Shown here in pieces: positions 7,030 through 14,104 of a DNA stretch of 39,031 nucleotides (position 1 is the stretch's first letter; each line of letters begins with the position of its first letter). The DNA lies in IMG/VR virus record IMGVR_UViG_3300030095_001135, positions 1 to 39,031 of that record; one strand, given 5' to 3'. The notes beneath the pieces were generated by a model that saw only the letters and a list, made by a program, of their open reading frames with translations, searched no databases and was not told the origin of the DNA. The translations under genes were made by a program, and so were the position numbers. Origin of the DNA: a virus (lineage: Duplodnaviria > Caudoviricetes).

Positions 7030-7059
7030 AGTATAAGTGATAGTACTTAGCTAGTACTA
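7030..7059 (-). promoter_or_regulatory. Putative promoter of the minus-strand cassette with palindromic operator
   Basis: -10 TATACT (7035-7030) with a perfect TAGTACT-N5-AGTACTA (7041-7059) just upstream. Confidence 0.45.
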
Positions 7060-7136
7060 CGGTTGTTACTTAAAGAACAAATCAACAAACTTAGTTTTAA
7101 GTTTAATTAAGAGTAATCATAATAAGTAGTTTAAAT

Positions 7137-7159
7137 ATGACACATTACTAAGTGTCACA
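7137..7159. promoter_or_regulatory. GACA-N10-TGTC palindrome, copy 3
   Basis: TGACAC-ATTACTAA-GTGTCA (7138-7157) upstream of the SSB gene. Confidence 0.6.
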
Positions 7160-7223
7160 TTAAGGGTTGTCTAGAGGACGTTCTTGTTTGTACGTTCTGT
7201 ATGTCCTTTACAAATCAATTCAA

Positions 7224-7790
7224 ATGATTCCAGTTTGCGGTACTTTTACAGGTTTTATACCTCATCATGTAAAACCACCAACATATCAAAATGCTCCTAC
7301 TGACTTTAGGTTAAAGATTAAGGTGGACTCTGATGTAGACAGCTTATTAGAAGCTTTAACTGAAGCTTATGAGAAGGCATGTGACTGGTATAGAAACCAA
7401 GGAGGTGGTAATGCTTTCTTTGATGCTCCATTTACTACTGAGGAAGATGGTTCATTAATTGTTAAAGTATGCGCCAAGCCAGATTATAAGGAGTTTCCAT
7501 TCCCTGTGGTAGACAGTGATTTAGTACCTATCTCAGAAGATATTTATCTTAGAGAAGGGACTAGCGTTATATGTCAAGTAAAGCCTAAGTTCATTTCTCC
7601 TAAAGCATCTAAGGGTGGTATGAGGTTAGTACCACAAGGTATGCAGGTTGTTGAAGCTGTAACTACAGAGGGTAGAGACGATGGTGTTTTCGATGTAAGC
7701 ACTGCGTTTAAGAAGGGTAAAGGTTTTAAGCAAAGTAAACCTGCTGTTAAAGAACCTGCTACTGTAGCTGACGAAGACGAAGACTTCTAA
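7224..7790 (+). CDS. Single-stranded DNA-binding protein (T7 gp2.5-like)
   Basis: Acidic tail ending in Phe (ADEDEDF); position before endonuclease I; ATG 7224 preferred. Confidence 0.85.
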   Translation: MIPVCGTFTGFIPHHVKPPTYQNAPTDFRLKIKVDSDVDSLLEALTEAYEKACDWYRNQGGGNAFFDAPFTTEEDGSLIVKVCAKPDYKEFPFPVVDSDLVPISEDIYLREGTSVICQVKPKFISPKASKGGMRLVPQGMQVVEAVTTEGRDDGVFDVSTAFKKGKGFKQSKPAVKEPATVADEDEDF

Positions 7791-7795
7791 CGCTT

Positions 7796-8194
7796 ATGAC
7801 CTCCCGAAGATTCCACAAGTACGGTAGACGTACAAGAGATGGTTTTCGTTCGGGGTTTGAGTCAGAGGTAGCTAAGAGTCTCACTGCTGATGGGATTGCT
7901 TACGAATACGAACAACACAAGTATGACGTAGTAATCCCAAGACGCTACACACCAGATATAGTGTTAGCTAACGGTATAGTCGTAGAGATTAAGGGCTACT
8001 TTGACGCAGACGACAGAAGACTTATCAAAGTCTTTAAGGAGCAACATCCAGATATAGATCTAAGGATGTGTTTCCAGAATCCACATCAACGATTGTCTAA
8101 GACAGCAAAAATGTCGTATGCAACGTGGTGTGATAAGTACAACATTCCTTGGTGCAAAGGACCACACTTGCCTAGACGCTGGACTGCGCTATAG
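7796..8194 (+). CDS. Endonuclease I (T7 gp3-like resolvase)
   Basis: FRSGFE, YTPDI, VEIKG, DRR, and Y..WC.K motifs. Confidence 0.95.
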   Translation: MTSRRFHKYGRRTRDGFRSGFESEVAKSLTADGIAYEYEQHKYDVVIPRRYTPDIVLANGIVVEIKGYFDADDRRLIKVFKEQHPDIDLRMCFQNPHQRLSKTAKMSYATWCDKYNIPWCKGPHLPRRWTAL

Positions 8195-8195
8195 T
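8167..8195 (+). promoter_or_regulatory. Putative sigma70-type promoter
   Basis: CTTGCCT-N11-TGCGC-TATAGT; predicted TSS about 8201-8202. Confidence 0.6.
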
Positions 8196-8201
8196 TCAGT
8201 T

Positions 8202-8255
8202 GGTAAAGGATACCTGAAAGCCTCCAAGGATTGATCCCCATCTTGGAGGTTTTTT
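8202..8255 (+). ncRNA. Candidate small RNA or attenuated primase leader
   Basis: Bounded by the promoter and a terminator-like hairpin with U6; its 5' GGUAAAGGAUAC is complementary to five start-proximal sites. Confidence 0.55.
8220..8255 (+). terminator. Terminator-like hairpin sequestering the primase SD
   Basis: GCCTCCAAG (8220-8228) / CTTGGAGGT (8242-8250) followed by a T tract; GGAGG 8245-8249 is 7 nt before ATG 8257. Confidence 0.7.
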
Positions 8256-8256
8256 A

Positions 8257-9870
8257 ATGTCAGTAATTCATTCTCCATGTCCCAAGTGTGGATCAAAGAA
8301 TAACTTAGCTATTTGGGAAGATGGTAGTCAGAAGTGTTTCACTCCTGGCTGTAACTACCAAGTTTATTCCAACAGTTCTAATCCTTTACCTCAAATGAAA
8401 TCAACTACCCAAGAAATTGAACCAATTATTGGTGAAGCAGTAGCAATAAAAGGAAGGAAGATACCGCAAGACAGTGCCAAGTTTTTTGACTATTTAAAAG
8501 GTACTCATGGTGGTGAGTCTGCTTACTTCTGGCCTATTTATGACAATCAGAGACGCTTAACTGGTTACAAGATAAGGAAGAAGAATAAACAATTCATCAT
8601 GCATGGATCAAATGATGATAGTACTTTCTTAGGCCAAGAGAAGTGGGGTAATGGTGGTAAGTTGTTGGTGATATTTGAGGGTGAGTATGACTGTCTTTCA
8701 TACCATGCTGTAAGGAAGTCATGGGCTTGTGTCTCATTGCCTAATGGAGCTGAGTCTGGGCATAAGATAATTAAAGCTCAGTTACCTTGGTTACTTAAAT
8801 GGGAGGAGGTCATACTGTGTTATGACAATGATGAGGCTGGAAAGAAAGCAGCTCAAAGAGATATACAATTACTCCCACCACGTAAGGGGAAGATAGGTTC
8901 TATTGAGGGTTATAAGGATGCTAATGAAGCTTTAATGGCTGATAACTTTCAAGCTATTACAAGAATGGTTTGGGATGCTAAAGAATATGAGCCTGACGGT
9001 ATAATCAACGCCTCTAAGTTACTAGAGGAAGTACTAGAAGATCCAAACGTAGACAGTGCTGAGTATCCATATGAGTTCCTTAATGACAAACTCCAGGGGC
9101 TACGAAAATCAGAACTCCTGACAGTCACTGCAGGAACAGGGGTTGGCAAGTCAACTTTTGTAAATGAAATTGCCTATGACTTATTAGTGCGACAGAATCA
9201 AACTATTGGGGTTATCTCATTAGAAGAGAATCTACGCAGAACTGCAAGAAGGTTTATAGGAATCAATCTCAATCATCCAATTCACATTAATAAAGGAGAC
9301 ATTACCGATGAACAAATCGAACAAGCATTCAAGGAAACCTTGGGTACGGGGAGGCTTTGGCTCTACGATCATTTTGGCTCCCTTGACTGTGATGTACTTC
9401 TTAATAGGGTCAGGTACTGTATTGTCAGCTTGGGTTGTGATTGGGTTATTTTCGATCATCTATCGATCTTGGTATCAGGTTCAGATGAAAGTAATGAAGT
9501 CAAGGCAATCGATAGGACGATGACAAAACTCAGATCTCTCGTAGAAGAGACTGGAGCTGGGCTAATATTGGTCAGTCACCTAAGAAGGCCACAAGGAAAT
9601 AAAGGTTATGAAGATGGGCAGCAAACATCTCTCTCTAGTCTTAGGGGTAGTTCAAGTATCGCTTGCCTTAGCGACATTGTCATTGGCTTGGAAAGGGATC
9701 AACAAGACACAGACTCTGATGGAACAACAGTGCGAGTACTCAAAAATAGATTTTCAGGATGGGTAGGCCAAGCAGGTAAGGTAAAATATATGGATTCAGG
9801 TAGAATGATGGCGCTTGAAGATAACACCAACTTTGTAAAAGCTAATGGTTTTACTGAATCCGACTTTTGA
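8257..9870 (+). CDS. DNA primase-helicase (T7 gp4-like)
   Basis: CPKC...CFTPGC Zn finger, TOPRIM EGEYD and YDND, Walker A AGTGVGKS, DHL, VSHL, LRGS, KNR. Confidence 0.97.
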   Translation: MSVIHSPCPKCGSKNNLAIWEDGSQKCFTPGCNYQVYSNSSNPLPQMKSTTQEIEPIIGEAVAIKGRKIPQDSAKFFDYLKGTHGGESAYFWPIYDNQRRLTGYKIRKKNKQFIMHGSNDDSTFLGQEKWGNGGKLLVIFEGEYDCLSYHAVRKSWACVSLPNGAESGHKIIKAQLPWLLKWEEVILCYDNDEAGKKAAQRDIQLLPPRKGKIGSIEGYKDANEALMADNFQAITRMVWDAKEYEPDGIINASKLLEEVLEDPNVDSAEYPYEFLNDKLQGLRKSELLTVTAGTGVGKSTFVNEIAYDLLVRQNQTIGVISLEENLRRTARRFIGINLNHPIHINKGDITDEQIEQAFKETLGTGRLWLYDHFGSLDCDVLLNRVRYCIVSLGCDWVIFDHLSILVSGSDESNEVKAIDRTMTKLRSLVEETGAGLILVSHLRRPQGNKGYEDGQQTSLSSLRGSSSIACLSDIVIGLERDQQDTDSDGTTVRVLKNRFSGWVGQAGKVKYMDSGRMMALEDNTNFVKANGFTESDF

Positions 9871-10087
9871 TGTATATATAACTCGTATTAATACTACAAA
9901 GTACTCCGTTTTCGCTGCTTCTGAGAAAGCAAAACGTCCTTTACAAAGTTACTTTAAAGCAAATGATTTCGTCCACTCAGTTGGAAAGGACACACTTAAA
10001 GCCCTTACCAACTATTGCACCAGAAACAAACTCACTACCTACTTCAACGATACTGTTCGACATAGAAACGAACGGTTTGAAGATTGA
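9845..10087 (+). CDS. Hypothetical protein overlapping helicase end and polymerase start
   Basis: 80-aa ORF filling the gp4-gp5 gap; overlaps the polymerase ORF by 125 nt. Confidence 0.45.
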   Translation: MVLLNPTFDVYITRINTTKYSVFAASEKAKRPLQSYFKANDFVHSVGKDTLKALTNYCTRNKLTTYFNDTVRHRNERFED

Positions 10088-11840
10088 AGATATTACTAAG
10101 ATACATTGCTGTGCAATTAGTGATAGTAGTCAGATCAAGCTATACAAAAAGGATTGGCTAAAGATACTAGAAGAGGCTGAAATATTAATAGGACACAACA
10201 TAATTCAATATGACATCCCAGCGATCAAACATATTTACCCAGAATTTAAACCAAAGGGAAAAGTTATAGATACTTTGATATTGTCACGAATGTTTTATCC
10301 AGACATTCTTGATATCGATCATAAAAGGAAGTGGAAAGATATGCCAATTCAAATGTATGGCAGACATAAGTTAGAGGCTTATGGATACAGACTTGGGTTA
10401 CATAAGGAACACGCAGATATGACAGATTTTTCAGAGTTAACTGAAGAATTAGCAGAGAGATGCAAGTCAGATGTCAAGGTGACTGCTATGCTCTGGCGTA
10501 GGCTGCAGCCAAAGGTTAACAAGTACCCTTCTGCTGTTGACCTTGAGATGAGGTTTGCAACTCTTATCTCAAAACAGGAACATTCTGGTTTTGCGTTTGA
10601 TTGCGAAGGGGCAATGAAACTAGAAGCAGAGATTGTTTCACAACTGAAGAGCATTGACGAAAGATTGAGACAACGGTTCCCTTTCGTTGATGGAGGATTA
10701 TTCACTCCTAAGCGAAATGATTCTTCTAGAGGATATGTAGCTAAAGCCACTATGTGTCGTTTGGTTCCTTTGAACCCTAACTCTAGGGATCACATAGCTT
10801 GGGTTTTAAAGAATCATCTGAAGTGGAAAGCAGAAACCTTCACTAATACAGGGAAACCAAAGATTGATGAAGGGGTTCTTAAGAATATTCCTGGAGCGGA
10901 GGATTTTGTGATTTCGCTTACTCTTCAAAAAAGACTCGGACAACTAAGCACTGGTAGCAATGCTTGGTTGAGATTGGTCGGGTCAGACAATCGTATTCAT
11001 GGAAGTGTTATTACGGTTGGTTGTGCTACCCAGAGAGCTAGTCACGTCCACCCCAATATGAGCCAGTGTCCTGCTGTTAGGTCAGTACTGGGATCGGAGT
11101 GCCGAGCTTTGTTTGGACCTAACGTTCTACCTTATCCACCCCTAAAGGGACGTTTATGTAAGAAGAATCCGATGGTAGAAGAGGATTTCCCCAAGCAGGT
11201 TGGCGTTGACTTATCTGGAATCGAAGCAAGGGCATTAAGCTCCTACTTATGGCCATTCGACAATGGGAAGTTTGCTAAGGAGGTACTTGAGGGCGACCTT
11301 CATAAAGCGAACCAACTTGCCGCTGGCTTGGAAACTAGGGATCTTGCAAAGACGTTTTTTTACGGCCTTATTTATGGGGCAGGTTCAGAACGCCTAAGCA
11401 AGATCACTGGCCAAAATGGTAAAAAACTAAAGCAAAGGTATTACAAAAATATGCCGGCTTTAGCGGAGCTTACTAAAAGAGTAACAGCAAAAGCAGGTGA
11501 AGATGGCTTTATTAAAGCTATAGATGGTAGACCTATTAAGATTAGATCACCTCATAGCGCACTAAACTTTTTACTCCAGAGCTGTGGTGCAATTGTAAGC
11601 AAGCTTTGGTACAACATTTGTTATGACGATATAACTAAAGCTGGTATGGTCTATGGAGAAGATTGGACCTTCTTAGCTCACATTCATGATGAGATTCAAT
11701 TCTCAGTAAGAGGCTCTCTTTCTCAACAACTAGCAGAAATAGCTACAGAGGCTTCAAAAAAAGCTGGTAAAGAGCTTAAGATAAGAATACCCATAGAAAG
11801 TGAGTATAAAATTGGACTCAATTGGGCAGAATGTCACTAA
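9963..11840 (+). CDS. DNA polymerase family A (T7 gp5-like)
   Basis: Exo I FDIETNG, GHNIIQYD; motif A DLSGIEAR; motif B AKTFFYGLIYG (Tyr at the 762-equivalent position, as in T7); motif C HDE. Confidence 0.97.
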   Translation: MISSTQLERTHLKPLPTIAPETNSLPTSTILFDIETNGLKIEDITKIHCCAISDSSQIKLYKKDWLKILEEAEILIGHNIIQYDIPAIKHIYPEFKPKGKVIDTLILSRMFYPDILDIDHKRKWKDMPIQMYGRHKLEAYGYRLGLHKEHADMTDFSELTEELAERCKSDVKVTAMLWRRLQPKVNKYPSAVDLEMRFATLISKQEHSGFAFDCEGAMKLEAEIVSQLKSIDERLRQRFPFVDGGLFTPKRNDSSRGYVAKATMCRLVPLNPNSRDHIAWVLKNHLKWKAETFTNTGKPKIDEGVLKNIPGAEDFVISLTLQKRLGQLSTGSNAWLRLVGSDNRIHGSVITVGCATQRASHVHPNMSQCPAVRSVLGSECRALFGPNVLPYPPLKGRLCKKNPMVEEDFPKQVGVDLSGIEARALSSYLWPFDNGKFAKEVLEGDLHKANQLAAGLETRDLAKTFFYGLIYGAGSERLSKITGQNGKKLKQRYYKNMPALAELTKRVTAKAGEDGFIKAIDGRPIKIRSPHSALNFLLQSCGAIVSKLWYNICYDDITKAGMVYGEDWTFLAHIHDEIQFSVRGSLSQQLAEIATEASKKAGKELKIRIPIESEYKIGLNWAECH

Positions 11841-12189
11841 AATTTGTAAAATCTGTGGCCAAGAAAAATATTCAGATGATTTCCATGCTAATGGGACTTG
11901 GACTAGACCTGAATGTAAAGACTGTTTTAATTACAAACAAAGTTTATATATGAAACTACGCAAAGGTCAGACTACACCTGAAGCAGGTACTCCTTGTGAA
12001 TGTTGTGGTGATAGTACTTCTACTCCTCTTCATTGGGATCATGACCATGAAACTAGTAAACATAGAGGTTGGTTATGTTCCAACTGCAACACTGGTATAG
12101 GAAAATTAGGTGACACTTTAAAAGGTGTCCAACAAGCTGTTGATTATTTAGAAAATTCGATTAATTTTAATAGCGATCAGGAAGGTTAA
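11800..12189 (+). CDS. Endonuclease VII-like (His-Me finger) nuclease, possible homing endonuclease
   Basis: CKIC..CKDC N-terminal Zn motif; CECC...WDHDH...RGWLCSNCNTGIG. Exact start uncertain. Confidence 0.85.
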   Translation: MSIKLDSIGQNVTKICKICGQEKYSDDFHANGTWTRPECKDCFNYKQSLYMKLRKGQTTPEAGTPCECCGDSTSTPLHWDHDHETSKHRGWLCSNCNTGIGKLGDTLKGVQQAVDYLENSINFNSDQEG

Positions 12190-12291
12190 AACCTTTTAGT
12201 AATTTGGATTTGAGCACTATCCAAATTATTGGGTGAGGAGGGGGAGGACTGTAGTTGGTAGCAGTCTTTCTACCTTTCTGATCACCTTTTT
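12182..12291 (+). other. Structured intergenic RNA (tandem hairpins ending in a U-tract)
   Basis: AAGGT/ACCTT; TAGTAATTTGGAT/ATCCAAATTATTG (12197-12231); interrupted stem GGTGA..GGAGGG GGAGGACTG / CAGTCTTTC..CCTTTC..TCACC (12232-12286) followed by TTTTT. Confidence 0.55.
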
Positions 12292-12303
12292 CTAATAATC
12301 AAA

Positions 12304-12498
12304 ATGAAGAACAGACCTGAACCTAATCTCAGTCTTCAAAATTACAAAGAAGATATTTTAATTCGTTGGGATATTCATCTCTATGAATGGTCTTCTTTAG
12401 TGGAAGATTGTAAAGGATATTACGAATATCTAAAACCTAAAGTTAAGGCAGTGATTACCTACTGTAAGGATTCATATAGGAGAGCTTTTGGGTCATGA
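12304..12498 (+). CDS. Hypothetical protein
   Basis: 64-aa ORF with ATGA overlap to the next gene. Confidence 0.6.
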   Translation: MKNRPEPNLSLQNYKEDILIRWDIHLYEWSSLVEDCKGYYEYLKPKVKAVITYCKDSYRRAFGS

Positions 12499-12776
12499 AA
12501 TGCATTCTCTGTAAATCACGTACAACAGTATTAGAGTCACGGTCTTATACCCATGAGGGTCTTGTTACTAGAAGGCGTAGGGAATGTATTAATAAGAAGT
12601 GTAAACATAAGTTCACTACTTATGAGAGTTGTAAGGAAAAACCTCTAAGACAAGGAGAAGCTAAATTAGTTAGTTTTTCTGTACGAGATGTAGATGAAGC
12701 TATGGATGATTTACTAAGTTCTATCCATCAGTGTCAACAAATCAGTAGGAGTATTACTGAAAAATGCACTTACTAA
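12495..12776 (+). CDS. NrdR-like N-terminal Zn-ribbon protein without ATP cone
   Basis: MKCxxC...VLESR...RRRREC....C.HKFTTYE matches the NrdR Zn ribbon; only 93 aa. Confidence 0.8.
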   Translation: MKCILCKSRTTVLESRSYTHEGLVTRRRRECINKKCKHKFTTYESCKEKPLRQGEAKLVSFSVRDVDEAMDDLLSSIHQCQQISRSITEKCTY

Positions 12777-13534
12777 TCGATGCAGACATGCTTCTGTTCC
12801 AAGCTGTCAAGGTTTGTGAAGCAGAAATCGAATGGATGCCTGATGTTATTACTACACATCTAAATATTAAGGAGGTTGAGTTTCTATTTGATTCCTTCCT
12901 TCAGCAAAAGAAAGACCAAGTAAGAGCTACTCAGGTTAGTCTTTGTTGGACTGCTGAAGATAACTTCCGTTATAAGATAGATCCAACTTATAAAGGTAAT
13001 AGAAGAGGTACGTGGCACAGGATTAAGCCTGTAGGTTTTAAAGAAGCTAGACGTAGGATTGAAAATTCTTATCCATCGGAGTGCTGGTATAGACTAGAAG
13101 CAGACGATATTCTTGGCATTTTAGGGACCAGATTGGTTAACCATTCGCCTGTTATATGGTCTGGTGATAAGGATTTACAACAAATCCCTGGTTTTCATCT
13201 TAATGATGATGGAGACATCTATTTAATTTCAGAGAACGAAGCTGATGCCTATTTCTACCGTCAGTGTCTCATTGGGGACGCTGTTGACGGCTATAGTGGC
13301 TGCCCCACTATTGGTAAAAAAACTGCGGAAAAACTCATACCCCTTGAAGAATTCGACGCTACCTCCGCATGGAGAACTGTAGTTGAGACTTATAAAAAGA
13401 AGGGTTTAAGTGAAGAACATGCCCTAAATCAGGCAAGGTTGGCCCGTATTCTTAGGGCTACCGAGTACACCTATGACGACATTGTTTTATGGACCCCACC
13501 AACCCTTCCTACTACGGCCACGACCAAGCCGTAG
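12764..13534 (+). CDS. 5'-3' exonuclease (T7 gp6-like)
   Basis: LIDAD, NFR...YKGNR, LEADD, DKDL.QIPG, GD.VDGY.G motifs. Confidence 0.95.
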   Translation: MHLLIDADMLLFQAVKVCEAEIEWMPDVITTHLNIKEVEFLFDSFLQQKKDQVRATQVSLCWTAEDNFRYKIDPTYKGNRRGTWHRIKPVGFKEARRRIENSYPSECWYRLEADDILGILGTRLVNHSPVIWSGDKDLQQIPGFHLNDDGDIYLISENEADAYFYRQCLIGDAVDGYSGCPTIGKKTAEKLIPLEEFDATSAWRTVVETYKKKGLSEEHALNQARLARILRATEYTYDDIVLWTPPTLPTTATTKP

Positions 13535-13812
13535 TTGAATGTATTGACTACATTGAGAGTCATGCATTTGATTTTCTTGAAGGTAACGTAATTAAATACG
13601 TCACCAGATATGAATCAAAAAATGGTCTTGAGGATCTCAGAAAAGCTGCTTGGTATCTTCAGCGTTTAATCAAACGTGAAGAGAACAAAATGCGACCCCA
13701 TGACGTATCCTTATACAAGTCCCTATTAGAAGCTGAATCTAATGACCCTGAGTTCCAATGCCGAGTTGGTAAAGACATGGATGCTTTCTGCGGGCCAATT
13801 AACCAGTCTTGA
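13489..13812 (+). CDS. DUF3310 / T7 gp1.7-like protein
   Basis: NPSYY...ECIDYI...GNVIKY..R...KNG.EDL.KA.WYL. Confidence 0.85.
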   Translation: MDPTNPSYYGHDQAVVECIDYIESHAFDFLEGNVIKYVTRYESKNGLEDLRKAAWYLQRLIKREENKMRPHDVSLYKSLLEAESNDPEFQCRVGKDMDAFCGPINQS

Positions 13813-14104
13813 TTCCCATAAGAATGGTGGGACCATTTACCAAGAACAGCAGTTAGGTTTTGTTGAGGAAGAGTTTTATGAACTCCTCCATGCTTTTAAA
13901 AATGAAAGCCGTGAACAAACCATTAAAGAAGCAGTCGATGTACTTTGGACTACTTACGGATTGTTACATCTAATTGGTGTAGATCCTGATGAAGTATTTG
14001 ACAGAGTGTATGCTTCCAATCAAACTAAGATCCCTTTTGAATTTAAAGACGGCAAAGTTCAAAAAGGTAAAAATTATGTACCGCCAGTTTTAACAGACCT
14101 ATGA
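13742..14104 (+). CDS. MazG-like NTP pyrophosphohydrolase
   Basis: EEEFYE, KEAVD, V..SN..K, DGKVQKG.NY.PP motifs. Confidence 0.85.
   Translation: MTLSSNAELVKTWMLSAGQLTSLDSHKNGGTIYQEQQLGFVEEEFYELLHAFKNESREQTIKEAVDVLWTTYGLLHLIGVDPDEVFDRVYASNQTKIPFEFKDGKVQKGKNYVPPVLTDL

Noticed and set aside
7041-7059. Palindrome as a cyanobacterial LexA or NtcA box
   Set aside because: GTAC-N7-GTAC spacing does not fit LexA (N4), and GTA-N9-TAC does not fit NtcA (N8). Kept only as an unassigned palindrome.
7949-7964. NrdR box as a firm regulatory feature
   Set aside because: Single copy that overlaps the conserved YTPD codons and is not at a promoter; NrdR boxes are usually tandem.
13706-13713. GTATCCTT as a sixth sRNA target before the MazG-like gene
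   Set aside because: Only 8 nt, lacks the TTTAC part, and lies about 28 nt from the ATG.
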